From Gemmobacter sp. (GTDB taxonomy: Bacteria; Pseudomonadota; Alphaproteobacteria; Rhodobacterales; Rhodobacteraceae), in NCBI GenBank assembly GCA_030834485.1, contig JAUREX010000001.1, forward strand, positions 1-48,802: a DNA stretch of 48,802 bases. Reading direction: 5' to 3'. Each line of letters begins with the position of its first letter. Position 1 is the stretch's first letter. Of this stretch, positions 27,460 through 38,727 are shown in pieces. The notes under the pieces were generated by a model that saw nothing but the letters and a program-made list of their open reading frames with translations, was not told where the DNA came from and did no database searches. The position numbers and the translations under genes were made by a program.

Positions 27460-27485
27460 GCGGGGCCGAGGCGGCCCGGCCCCGC
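27460..27485. terminator. perfect 9-bp GC hairpin between convergent bamE and eno (possible bidirectional terminator)
   Basis: GCGGGGCCG (27460-27468) pairs with CGGCCCCGC (27477-27485). There is no clear U-tract. Confidence 0.3.
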
Positions 27486-27493
27486 AGCGCGCC

Positions 27494-29684
<2,191 letters not shown>

Positions 29685-29818
29685 GGTGCCTCTGCCGCTG
29701 GGGTCAGGCCGGCATAGCCCCCGTCCCCGCCGCCCGCAAGGCCATCCCTGCGGCGCGAACGCGCTGGACGCGGGCGCGGCTTTGCGCCATAGCGAATGGG
29801 TCTGCGGAGGGTTGCGCG

Positions 29819-30193
29819 ATGTCCTTTCTTGCCCGCCTCGTCACCTGGTGGAACGGCCAGACGCTCGGCACGCAGCTCTGGACGATGCGCAACGGCGTCC
29901 TTGTCGGGACCGACGCGCAGGGCAACCTCTTTTACCGCACGCGCGACGATGCCCGCCGCTGGGTGATCTATGCCGGCGAGGCCGAGGCGAGCCGGATCGC
30001 GCCCGACTGGCACGGCTGGCTCCACCGCACCTGGGACACCCCCCCGACCGAGCGGCCTCTGCCGCGCAAGGCGTGGGAAAAGCCGCATCAGGAAAACCTG
30101 ACCGGCACGCCCGCCGCCTATGCGCCCCCGGGCTCGATCCGGGCGGGCACCCCCGCGCCCCGGCGCGACTACGAGGCCTGGGTGCCCGAATAG
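29819..30193 (+). CDS. NADH:ubiquinone oxidoreductase subunit NDUFA12 family protein
   Basis: LVTWWNGQTLGTQLWT...GTDAQGNLFYRTR...RWVIY...PDWHGWLHRTWD matches the B17.2/NDUFA12 family. Confidence 0.88.
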   Translation: MSFLARLVTWWNGQTLGTQLWTMRNGVLVGTDAQGNLFYRTRDDARRWVIYAGEAEASRIAPDWHGWLHRTWDTPPTERPLPRKAWEKPHQENLTGTPAAYAPPGSIRAGTPAPRRDYEAWVPE

Positions 30194-30646
30194 GTGGCCG
30201 GGGTGGCACGCGAAGCGCGCAGCGAAATCCTCGCGGGGCTGGCCGTCCTGATCGTTGCGGCGGGCTTCGGGCTGCATCTGGCGCGCGCCGCCGGCCCCGC
30301 CGCCCCGGCTGCGGGCTATGAACTCTCTGCCGCCTTCCGCGCCGCCGATGGCGTCCGGGTCGGGACCGAGGTGCGCATCGCGGGCGTGCGGGTCGGATCG
30401 GTGACGGCGCTGGACCTTGACCCTGCGACATTCCAGGCGGTCGCGCGGCTCGGTCTGCCGGGTGATCTGGAACTCCCCACGGACACCGCGGCCATCGTCG
30501 CGACCGAGGGGCTCCTTGGCGGCACCTATGTGGCGCTCGTGCCCGGCGGCGCGCTCGAGACGCTCGGGCCCGGCGAGGCGATCACCGACACCCAGGGCTC
30601 GGTCGATCTGGTGACGCTGCTCCTCAAGGTGGTGGGCGGGGAATGA
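30194..30646 (+). CDS. mlaD: MlaD/MCE-domain protein (outer membrane lipid asymmetry maintenance MlaD-like)
   Basis: GTG start directly abuts the upstream stop. N-terminal TM helix plus MCE domain (GVRVGTEVRIAGVRVGSVTALDLDP...). Confidence 0.85.
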   Translation: MAGVAREARSEILAGLAVLIVAAGFGLHLARAAGPAAPAAGYELSAAFRAADGVRVGTEVRIAGVRVGSVTALDLDPATFQAVARLGLPGDLELPTDTAAIVATEGLLGGTYVALVPGGALETLGPGEAITDTQGSVDLVTLLLKVVGGE

Positions 30647-31110
30647 TCCGGGCCCTTGCCGCCCTTGCGCTCGTGCTGCTCGGGGCGCTGGCCCCGGGCG
30701 GGGCGGCGCGCGCGCAGGCCGCACCCGAGGCCACCCCTGCCCCCGCCCCTGCTGCCTCGCCGACCCTGCCCGGCGCCGATGCGCCCCCGGTGATCGAGAT
30801 CCGCGCGGCCGCGACGGCGGCGCGGCCCGTCGCGGTGCTGCGCTGGCTCGACAAGGTGTCGGGCGAGACGGCGGACCTGCATCTGCACGACGCGCTGGCG
30901 CAGGCGCGCGGCGTGATGGAGCTGACCGCGACGGGCTGCCGGGTGCCCGCCGACGATCCGACCTCGGACGGATTTGCCCATGTCCTCCTGCACGATCTGC
31001 GCAGCGGGGCGGTGCTCTTTTCGGGCTGGATGGTCGCCTCATCGCCTGCGCTGAGCGCGCTCGACCATGCGCGCTACGATGTCTGGCTGCTCGGCTGCGC
31101 GATGGAGTGA
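30643..31110 (+). CDS. DUF2155 domain-containing protein
   Basis: ATGA overlap with mlaD. Signal peptide, then ...LRWLDKVSGETADL...C...HVLL...SGWM, typical of DUF2155, which follows NDUFA12/MlaD in alphaproteobacteria. Confidence 0.75.
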   Translation: MIRALAALALVLLGALAPGGAARAQAAPEATPAPAPAASPTLPGADAPPVIEIRAAATAARPVAVLRWLDKVSGETADLHLHDALAQARGVMELTATGCRVPADDPTSDGFAHVLLHDLRSGAVLFSGWMVASSPALSALDHARYDVWLLGCAME

Positions 31111-31712
31111 CGCTCGGGCGCATAGCCCGGCGGGTCGATCCGCGCCTCGCCCTCAAGTGCCGCGGCAAGCAGGCGGTGGTATTCCGCCCGCGCGATCTCG
31201 CGCCCGCCGAGCGAGGCCAGATGCGGCGTCAGGAACTGCGTGTCGAAGAGCCGGAACCCCCCCGCCCGCAGCCGGTGCACAAGCCAGGCAAGCGCGATCT
31301 TCGAGCCGTCGCGCATGCCCGAGAACATGCTCTCGCCGAAGAACGCCCGGCCAAGCGCCACGCCATAGACCCCGCCGACCAGCCGCCCCTCGGCGGTCAC
31401 CTCGATCGAATGGGCCGCCCCCTTGCGGTGCAGCTCGAGATAGAGCGCCGCGATCTGCCCGCTGATCCAGGTGTTCTCGCGCGCGGCACAGCCTGCAAGC
31501 ACGCCCGCGAAATCGGCGTTGAGGGTCACCGCGTAATCCGGCCGCCGGAGCCTGCGCGCGAGCGAGCGCGAGATGTGAAAACCCCCGAGCGGGATGATGC
31601 CGCGCCGGCGCGGATCGACCCAGTGGATGTCGGTGGCGTCGCGCGCCTCGGCCATCGGGAAGATGCCCGCCCCATAGGCCCACAGCAGATCGTCGGCGGT
31701 CAGCCGCCGCAT
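31074..31712 (-). CDS. aat: leucyl/phenylalanyl-tRNA--protein transferase
   Basis: LLWAYGAGIFPMAE...IHWVDPRRRGIIPLGGFHISRSL...GESMFS motifs. I chose the ATG at 31712. The 3' end overlaps the convergent DUF2155 gene by 37 nt. Confidence 0.93.
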   Translation of the reverse strand: MRRLTADDLLWAYGAGIFPMAEARDATDIHWVDPRRRGIIPLGGFHISRSLARRLRRPDYAVTLNADFAGVLAGCAARENTWISGQIAALYLELHRKGAAHSIEVTAEGRLVGGVYGVALGRAFFGESMFSGMRDGSKIALAWLVHRLRAGGFRLFDTQFLTPHLASLGGREIARAEYHRLLAAALEGEARIDPPGYAPERHSIAQPSSQTS

Positions 31713-31722
31713 CGCGCACCCG

Positions 31723-33069
31723 TCAGCCGAACTGCCGCTCGAGCCAGCGTTCGAGCCAGTGGATGGAATAATCGCCCGCCTGGATGTCGGGCTCTGCCAG
31801 CAGCGCCTCAAAGAGCGGCACGGTCGTGTCGACGCCATCGACGATCAGCTCGCCCAGCGCCCGGCGCAGCCGCGCGAGCGCCTCGGGCCGGTCGCGGCCA
31901 TGCACGATCAGCTTGCCGATCAGGCTGTCGTAATAGGGCGGGATCGCATAGCCGCCATAGAGCGCCGAATCCATCCGCACCCCAAGCCCGCCCGGCGCGT
32001 GAAAGACCTTGACCCGCCCCGGGCAGGGGGCAAAGCCCGGGATGCGCTCGGCGTTGATGCGCACCTCGATGGCGTGGCCGTTGATCTCAAGCTCCTCCTG
32101 CACGAAGGACATCGGCAGCCCGGCCGCGACGCGGATCTGCTCGCGCACCAGATCGACGCCGAAGATTGCCTCGGTCACCGGATGCTCGACCTGGAGGCGG
32201 GTGTTCATCTCGATGAAGAAGAACTGCCCGTCCTCGTAGAGGAACTCGATCGTGCCCGCCCCCGCATAGCCGATCCGCGCGACCGCATCGGCGCAGGTCG
32301 CGCCGATCTCGGCGCGCATCGCGGGCGTGATGACGGGGCCCGGCGCCTCTTCGAACACCTTCTGGTGGCGGCGCTGGAGCGAGCAGTCGCGCTCGCCCAG
32401 ATGGACCGCGCGGCCCTTGCCGTCGCCGAAGATCTGGATCTCGACGTGGCGCGGCCGCTGGAGGTATTTCTCGAGATAGACCTCGTCATTGCCAAAGGCC
32501 GCCTTGGCCTCGGCGCGCGCGGTGCGGAACGCGACCTCGAGCTCATCGGCCGTGCGCGCGACCTTCATGCCGCGCCCGCCGCCGCCGGCGGTGGCCTTGA
32601 TGATGACCGGATAGCCGATCCCGGCCGCGATCGTGCGCGCCGCCGCGATGTCGCCCACCCCGCCGTCCGACCCCGGCACGCAAGGCACGCCCAGCGCCTT
32701 CATCGTCTCCTTGGCGGTGATCTTGTCGCCCATGATGCGGATGTGATCGGACCTCGGCCCGATGAAGGTGATGTCGTGATCCTCGAGCGCCTGCACGAAG
32801 GCCGCGTTCTCGGACAAAAAGCCATAGCCCGGATGGACCGCCTCGGCGCCCGTGATCTCGCAGGCCGAGATGATGCGCGCCATCGACAGGTAGCTCTCGG
32901 CCGAGGGCGGCGGGCCGATGCAGACGGATTCGTCCGCCATCCGCACATGCATCGCATCGGCATCCGCGGTCGAATGGACCGCCACCGACTTGATGCCCAT
33001 CTCGCGGCAGGCGCGGATGACGCGCAGCGCGATCTCGCCACGGTTCGCGATCAGGATCTTCTCGAACAT
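31723..33069 (-). CDS. accC: acetyl-CoA carboxylase biotin carboxylase subunit
   Basis: 448 aa; [21 protein letters not shown]... and the ATP-grasp GGGGRGM motif. Confidence 0.98.
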   Translation of the reverse strand: MFEKILIANRGEIALRVIRACREMGIKSVAVHSTADADAMHVRMADESVCIGPPPSAESYLSMARIISACEITGAEAVHPGYGFLSENAAFVQALEDHDITFIGPRSDHIRIMGDKITAKETMKALGVPCVPGSDGGVGDIAAARTIAAGIGYPVIIKATAGGGGRGMKVARTADELEVAFRTARAEAKAAFGNDEVYLEKYLQRPRHVEIQIFGDGKGRAVHLGERDCSLQRRHQKVFEEAPGPVITPAMRAEIGATCADAVARIGYAGAGTIEFLYEDGQFFFIEMNTRLQVEHPVTEAIFGVDLVREQIRVAAGLPMSFVQEELEINGHAIEVRINAERIPGFAPCPGRVKVFHAPGGLGVRMDSALYGGYAIPPYYDSLIGKLIVHGRDRPEALARLRRALGELIVDGVDTTVPLFEALLAEPDIQAGDYSIHWLERWLERQFG

Positions 33070-33076
33070 CCCCGCC

Positions 33077-33565
33077 TCAGTCGATGATCATGAGGGGGGC
33101 GCCGTATTCGACGGGCGTCCCGTCCTCGATCAGGATGCGCCGCAGCGTGCCGGCGCGCGGCGCGGGGATCTGGTTCATCGTCTTCATCGCCTCGATGATG
33201 AGGACGGTCTGACCCGCCGCGACCTGCGCGCCGAGTGCCACGAAGGGCTGCGCGCCGGGTTCGGGCGACAGATAGGCCGTGCCGACCATGGGCGAGGTCA
33301 GGCAGCCCGGGTGCTGGGCGGGATCGTCGCTGGCGGGCGCCGGGGCGGCGGGGCCGGGCGCGGCGGCCGCTGGGGCCGCCACCATCACCGGCGCTGCGGC
33401 GGGCGCGGCGGCGACCGGTGCGATCTGGCGGGCCACCCGGACCTCGAGGCTGTCGTCCTCGCCATATTCGCGCTTGACCGACAGCTCGCTCAGCCCGTTG
33501 CGGTTGAGAAGTTCGGCGAGCGCCTCGATGAAGGCCACGTCGACGTCCTGGGGGTGCTTGCTCAT
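33077..33565 (-). CDS. accB: acetyl-CoA carboxylase biotin carboxyl carrier protein
   Basis: Ala/Pro linker and the EAMKTMN biotinylation motif. Confidence 0.96.
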   Translation of the reverse strand: MSKHPQDVDVAFIEALAELLNRNGLSELSVKREYGEDDSLEVRVARQIAPVAAAPAAAPVMVAAPAAAAPGPAAPAPASDDPAQHPGCLTSPMVGTAYLSPEPGAQPFVALGAQVAAGQTVLIIEAMKTMNQIPAPRAGTLRRILIEDGTPVEYGAPLMIID

Positions 33566-33683
33566 GCCGTCCTCATGGTTCCCTGCGCCCGTCTGACGCG
33601 GGCGTTCCGACCCCGCTTATAGGCCAGCCGGGCCGGGCTGAAAAGCGCCGAGTTGCCCGTGCGCACGCACCCGCCCTCGTGCA

Positions 33684-33701
33684 TTTTACCATTTGATAAA
33701 A
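33684..33701. promoter_or_regulatory. AT-rich imperfect palindrome TTTTACCA-TT-TGATAAAA (RutR-box-like) in the accB/preT divergent region
   Basis: This is the only AT-rich patch in the intergenic region, 48 nt upstream of the preT ATG. It matches the E. coli RutR consensus TTGACCAnnTGGTCAA at about 13 of 16 positions. Confidence 0.4.
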
Positions 33702-33748
33702 TACCGGGCGTGTGGCAGCCTTCCCCGCAGGAAACCCGTGCGAGGGAA

Positions 33749-35104
33749 ATGATCGTGACCACCGCCGCCCCCAACTCACCGCTCAGCCCCGGCATCGTCG
33801 CTGGCCGCCTGCCGGCCGAGGCGCTGGCCGAGAACTTCGGCGACATCGCCCCCGTGATGGACATGCACGAGGCGCGCGTCGCCGCCGACCGGTGCTATTT
33901 CTGCCACGACGCGCCTTGCGTCACCGCCTGCCCGACGGCGATCGACATCCCCCTCTTCATCCGCCAGATCGCGACCGGCACGCCCGAGGTGGCCGCGCGC
34001 ACCATCCTGTCGCAGAACATCCTCGGCGGCATGTGCGCCCGCGTCTGCCCGACCGAGACGCTGTGTGAGGAAGCCTGCGTGCGCGAGGCCGCCGAAGGCA
34101 AGCCGGTCGAGATCGGGCGGCTCCAGCGCTTCGCCACCGACACGCTGATGGAGGCGGGCGTCCACCCCTTTACCCGCGCCGCCCCGACCGGCCGGCGCAT
34201 CGCGGTGGTGGGCGCCGGGCCCGCGGGGCTTGCCTGCGCGCATCGCCTCGCGATGAAGGGGCATGAGGTCGCGCTCTATGACGCGCGGCCCAAGGCCGGG
34301 GGCCTCAACGAATACGGGATCGCGGCCTACAAGGTCGCGGGCGGCTTCGCCGCGGCCGAGGTCGAATGGCTCTTGCAGATCGGGGGCATCACGCTCCACC
34401 CCGGCCGGGCGCTCGGGCGCGAGATCACGCTCGAGGGCCTGCGCGCGGGGCATGACGCGGTCTTTCTCGGCGTCGGGCTTCAGGGCGTCAACGCGCTGCG
34501 CGCCGAGGGCGAGGCGATCGAGGGGGTGCGCGACGCGGTCGCCTTCATCGCCGATCTGCGCCAGGCGGCCGACCTCGGGGCGCTGCCGGTCGGGCGCGAC
34601 GTGGTGGTGATCGGGGGCGGCATGACGGCCGTCGACGCGGCGGTGCAATCGAAGCTTCTGGGCGCCGAGACCGTCACCATCCTCTATCGCCGCGGGCAGG
34701 AGCGGATGAGCGCCTCGCGCGACGAGCAGGAGCACGCGACCGCCTCGGGCGTGCGGATCATCTGCAACGCCGCCCCCGTCGCGATCCGGGGCGCGGGCAC
34801 GGTGCGCGAGGTCGTCTGCGCCTATACGACCGAAGGTGCCGACGGGCTGAAGCTCGGCCCCGAGACCTTCACCTTGCGCGCCGATCAGGTGTTCAAGGCG
34901 ATCGGCCAGCAGCTTGCGGGGGTGCCGGGGGTGCTTGCGCTCACGGGCGGCAAGATCGCAGTGACGGGTGCGGGGCGCACCAGCGTGCCGGGCGTCTGGG
35001 CGGGCGGCGATTGCGCGGCGGGCGGCGAGGATCTGACCGTCACCGCCGTCGCCGAGGGCCGCGACGCCGCCGAGGACATCCACGCGCAACTTGCGGGCGC
35101 CTGA
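33749..35104 (+). CDS. preT: NAD-dependent dihydropyrimidine dehydrogenase subunit PreT (glutamate synthase small-chain-like)
   Basis: Fe-S motif ADRCYFCHDAPCVTACP...CARVCP and dinucleotide folds VVGAGPAGL and VIGGGMTAVD. I chose the ATG at 33749, which has GAGGGAA upstream. Confidence 0.9.
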   Translation: MIVTTAAPNSPLSPGIVAGRLPAEALAENFGDIAPVMDMHEARVAADRCYFCHDAPCVTACPTAIDIPLFIRQIATGTPEVAARTILSQNILGGMCARVCPTETLCEEACVREAAEGKPVEIGRLQRFATDTLMEAGVHPFTRAAPTGRRIAVVGAGPAGLACAHRLAMKGHEVALYDARPKAGGLNEYGIAAYKVAGGFAAAEVEWLLQIGGITLHPGRALGREITLEGLRAGHDAVFLGVGLQGVNALRAEGEAIEGVRDAVAFIADLRQAADLGALPVGRDVVVIGGGMTAVDAAVQSKLLGAETVTILYRRGQERMSASRDEQEHATASGVRIICNAAPVAIRGAGTVREVVCAYTTEGADGLKLGPETFTLRADQVFKAIGQQLAGVPGVLALTGGKIAVTGAGRTSVPGVWAGGDCAAGGEDLTVTAVAEGRDAAEDIHAQLAGA

Positions 35105-35158
35105 TGGCCGCGCGCCCAGAGACCCGGCAGCACATCATTCAAGACGGAAGGTGACATC

Positions 35159-36460
35159 ATGGCGAACCTTGCGACCAGTTTCATCGGCATCAAATCCCCC
35201 AACCCCTTCTGGCTGGCCTCGGCGCCGCCGACGGACAAGGAATACAACGTCGTGCGCGCCTACAAGGCGGGCTGGGGCGGGGTGGTGTGGAAGACGCTCG
35301 GCCTCGACGGCCCGCCCATCGTCAACGTCAACGGCCCGCGCTATGGCGCGGTCTGGGGTGCCGACCGGCGGCTTCTGGCGATGAACAACATCGAGCTTAT
35401 CACCGACCGACCGCTCGAGGTGAACCTGCGCGAGATCAAGCAGGTCAAGCGCGACTGGCCGGACCGCGCGCTCGTGGTCTCGCTCATGGTGCCCTGCGAC
35501 GAGGAAAGCTGGCAGACGATCCTCAAGCGGGTCGAAGAGACCGACTGCGACGGGGTCGAACTCAACTTCGGCTGCCCCCACGGGATGAGCGAGCGCGGCA
35601 TGGGCTCGGCCGTGGGGCAGGTGCCCGAATACATCGAGATGGTCACGCGCTGGGTCAAGAAGCACTCGCGCATGCCCTGCATCGTCAAGCTAACCCCCAA
35701 CATCGCCGACATCCGCCGCCCGGCCGAGGCCGCGCTCAGGGGCGGCGCGGATGCCGTCAGCCTCATCAACACCGTCTCCTCGATCACCTCGGTCGATCTC
35801 GACAGCTTCAGCCCCGAGCCCTCGATCGGCGGCAAGGGCGCGCATGGCGGGCTCTGCGGCCCGGCGGTCAAGCCCATCGCGCTCAACATGGTGGCCGAGA
35901 TCGCGCGCAACCCCGAGACGCGCGACCTGCCGGTCTCGGGCATCGGCGGCGTCACAACCTGGCGCGACGCGGCCGAGTTCATGGCGCTCGGGGCCGGGAA
36001 TGTGCAGGTCTGCACGGCGGCGATGACCTATGGCTTCCGCATCGTGCAGGAGATGATCTCGGGCCTGTCACAATACCTCGACGACAAGGGGATGTCGGGG
36101 GTCGATCAGCTGATCGGGCGGGCGGTGCCGAATGTGACCGACTGGCAGTATCTGAACCTCAACTACGTCACCAAGGCGCAGATCGACCAGGACGCCTGCA
36201 TCAAATGCGGGCGCTGCTATGCCGCCTGCGAGGATACCTCGCACCAGGCGATCGCGATGAAGCCTGGCCGCGTGTTCGAGGTGATCGACGCCGAATGCGT
36301 CGCCTGCAACCTCTGCGTCAACGTCTGCCCGGTCGAGAACTGCATCACGATGAAGGAACTCCCGCTCGGCGCGACGGACCCGCGCACGGGTGCGGTTGTC
36401 GGGCCCTATGCCAACTGGACGACGCACCTCAACAACCCGATGGCGAAGGCGGCCGAATAG
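35159..36460 (+). CDS. preA: NAD-dependent dihydropyrimidine dehydrogenase subunit PreA
   Basis: DHOD-like TIM barrel (ELNFGCPHGM) plus C-terminal 2x[4Fe-4S] motifs CIKCGRCYAACED and CVACNLCVNVCP. Confidence 0.93.
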   Translation: MANLATSFIGIKSPNPFWLASAPPTDKEYNVVRAYKAGWGGVVWKTLGLDGPPIVNVNGPRYGAVWGADRRLLAMNNIELITDRPLEVNLREIKQVKRDWPDRALVVSLMVPCDEESWQTILKRVEETDCDGVELNFGCPHGMSERGMGSAVGQVPEYIEMVTRWVKKHSRMPCIVKLTPNIADIRRPAEAALRGGADAVSLINTVSSITSVDLDSFSPEPSIGGKGAHGGLCGPAVKPIALNMVAEIARNPETRDLPVSGIGGVTTWRDAAEFMALGAGNVQVCTAAMTYGFRIVQEMISGLSQYLDDKGMSGVDQLIGRAVPNVTDWQYLNLNYVTKAQIDQDACIKCGRCYAACEDTSHQAIAMKPGRVFEVIDAECVACNLCVNVCPVENCITMKELPLGATDPRTGAVVGPYANWTTHLNNPMAKAAE

Positions 36461-36466
36461 GCGGCC

Positions 36467-37429
36467 TCAGCCAAGGCCCAGCCGCTCGGCCAGCGCGAGC
36501 GCGCGGCCGATGTGGCTGCGGTGGATCGGATCGGCGGGGCCAATGCGCGGCATCGTCCAGCCGACCGAGGCGCAGGCACGCGCGAGCGTCGCGGCCAGCA
36601 CAAGCGCGCGCGCATCCGCGGGCACTGGCCGGGTGCGCGCATAGCCCTCGATCAGCGCCTCGGCGCGCGCCTCGAGATCCTCGGCCGGCGCGCTCTGGAC
36701 GAGCGCGGTGCCTAGATCATAGAGCCGCGGGCCGAAGCCCGAATCGTCGAAATCGATCAGCGCCAGACCCTCGGGGCCGCGCAGGATGTTCTCGCGCAGC
36801 AGATCGGCATGGATGAGGCCCCGGTCATGCGCCGCCATCCGCGCCATCGCCGCCTGCAAAGGCGCGCGCAGCGCCCCGAGCCGCGCGGCCTCGGCCGGCG
36901 CAAGGGCAGGATGCTCCCAGAACCGGCCCCAGAGCGGGGCCTCACCCGCGATGCCGGGGCCGTCCCAATGGGGCCGCTCGAACCCCGGACCGGGCGCGAA
37001 GCGGTCCGACGCCGCATGGAGCGCGGCAATCAGCGCGCCGAGGTCGCGGTGAAGCGCGCGCGCCCCCGCCCCCCCGGGCACCAGCGCCGCCCCCCCCTGC
37101 CCGACCGGATCGCCCGCGACCCAGCGCACCGCCGAGGCGCGCGTGCCGTCATCGAGGTGCGCAAGCATCTCGCCCCCGGTCGTCGGCAGCGGGGCCGCGA
37201 CCGGCAGGCCCTGCGCCGCCAGCGCCGCGACCCAGCGCAACTCCGAGCCGATGGCGGCCGCCGTCTGATAGCCCGGCCGGTGCAGCCGCAGCGCCGCGCG
37301 CCCCGCGGGCAGCATCACCTCGAACACCCGGTTCTCGCGCGCGCGGATCAGCCGCGGCACGCCCGCAGCACCGCCCCAGGCCAGCGCGGCGCGCCGCGCG
37401 GCCGCGATCTCTGCCGCGGGATCGCTCAC
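36467..37429 (-). CDS. APH-family phosphotransferase (hydroxylysine-kinase/homoserine-kinase-II-like)
   Basis: The catalytic loop LIHADLLRENIL and the IDFDDSGFG motif are characteristic of the aminoglycoside-phosphotransferase fold. The GTG start forms a GTGA overlap with the upstream gene. Confidence 0.85.
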   Translation of the reverse strand: MSDPAAEIAAARRAALAWGGAAGVPRLIRARENRVFEVMLPAGRAALRLHRPGYQTAAAIGSELRWVAALAAQGLPVAAPLPTTGGEMLAHLDDGTRASAVRWVAGDPVGQGGAALVPGGAGARALHRDLGALIAALHAASDRFAPGPGFERPHWDGPGIAGEAPLWGRFWEHPALAPAEAARLGALRAPLQAAMARMAAHDRGLIHADLLRENILRGPEGLALIDFDDSGFGPRLYDLGTALVQSAPAEDLEARAEALIEGYARTRPVPADARALVLAATLARACASVGWTMPRIGPADPIHRSHIGRALALAERLGLG

Positions 37430-38727
37430 GGCCGGGGCGGCGTCGCCGCCAGCGCCTCGGCGAGGGCGCGCGCGAGGATCTCGGCGTGCTCGGAGCCGAA
37501 GGGCATCGGCGGGCGGATCTTGAGGATCTGCCCCCCCGCCCCGACGCGGTTGAGCAGGACGCCGCGCGCCACCATCGCCTCGACCAGCCGCGCGACGAAT
37601 TCGCCCGCCGGCGCGCCTGCCTCGTCGCGGAACTCGAGCGCGAAGAAGAGCCCCTCGGCCCGGACCTGCCGCAGCCAGGGGTGGCGCAGCGCCTGCAGGC
37701 GCGCGAGCGTCTCGGCGCCGACGCGCGCGGCATGCGCCATCAGCCCCTCGGCCTCGATCACGTCGAGGACCGCCGCCGCCGCCGCCGCCGCGACCGGATT
37801 GCCGCCGAAGGTGTTGAAATAGCCCGTCCGCTCGCGAAAGGCGGCCATCGGCCCGGGGCGCGCCAGCACCGCCGCGACCGGATAGCCGTTGCCCATGGGC
37901 TTGCCCAGCGTCACGATGTCGGGGGCAAGGCCAAGCCGGTCATGGGCCCAGAAATGGCTGCCGGTGCGGCCAAAGCCGGGCTGCACCTCATCGGCGATGA
38001 CAAGCCCCCCCGCCCCGCGCACCGCCGCCACCGCCGCGTCGAGATGGCCGCGCGGCACGGCCGGTAGCCCCTCATTGGCAAAGACCGGACAGAGGATCAG
38101 CGCGGCGACCCCATGCCCCGCTGCCTCGAGGTCCGCCGCCGCGGCGGCAACAGCCGCGCCAAGGCGCTGGGCCTCGGCCGCCGCCGACCCGCCCGCGGGC
38201 GCGAGCCCGTCGGGGGCGGGCACGAAGCGGATGTGGTCGGGATGCCCCCCGACCGGCGTGCGCCGCGCCGAGAGCGCATGCACCGCCGTCGTGTTGCCGT
38301 GATAGGTCGCATCCGTCGCGATGATGCCGCGCCGCCCGGTCGCGGCCTGCGCCATCCGCAAGGCCACGTCATTGGCCTCGGAGCCCGTGCAGACCATGAT
38401 CCCCTGCGCGATCCCATGCCCGAAGGTCGCCATCAGCCGCTCGAGGTAATCGAGCACGCCGCGGTGCAGATAGCGCGTGTGGGTCGCGAGCAGCCCCGCC
38501 TGCCGAGCGATCGCGGCCACCACATGCGGATGGCAATGCCCGACATGGGCCACGTTGTTGTAGCAGTCGAGATAGCGCCGCCCCGACGCATCCCAGAGCC
38601 AGACCCCCTCGCCGCGCACGATCTCGACCGGCGCGCGGTAGAAGGTCGGCACGTTCGGGCCCATCAGGCGCGCGCGCCGCGCGATCAGATCGGCCTCCGG
38701 ATCGGCCCCCAGATCGGCCTCGGTCAT
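37426..38727 (-). CDS. class-III aminotransferase-fold PLP enzyme, ETNPPL/PHYKPL (AGXT2L)-like phospho-lyase candidate
   Basis: LDCYNNVAHVGHCHPHVV closely matches the AGXT2L1/2 signature, and the PLP-lysine region is TLGKPMGNGYP. I chose the ATG at 38727, which forms an ATGA overlap with the arfB stop. The track ORF is longer. Confidence 0.88.
   Translation of the reverse strand: MTEADLGADPEADLIARRARLMGPNVPTFYRAPVEIVRGEGVWLWDASGRRYLDCYNNVAHVGHCHPHVVAAIARQAGLLATHTRYLHRGVLDYLERLMATFGHGIAQGIMVCTGSEANDVALRMAQAATGRRGIIATDATYHGNTTAVHALSARRTPVGGHPDHIRFVPAPDGLAPAGGSAAAEAQRLGAAVAAAAADLEAAGHGVAALILCPVFANEGLPAVPRGHLDAAVAAVRGAGGLVIADEVQPGFGRTGSHFWAHDRLGLAPDIVTLGKPMGNGYPVAAVLARPGPMAAFRERTGYFNTFGGNPVAAAAAAAVLDVIEAEGLMAHAARVGAETLARLQALRHPWLRQVRAEGLFFALEFRDEAGAPAGEFVARLVEAMVARGVLLNRVGAGGQILKIRPPMPFGSEHAEILARALAEALAATPPRP

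Noticed and set aside
31074-31110. 37-nt overlap of the convergent DUF2155 and aat 3' ends, and the 4-nt overlap of the convergent recQ and EamA genes at 45360-45363.
   Set aside because: Convergent 3' overlaps are common in compact high-GC genomes. No extra structure or ORF is evident.
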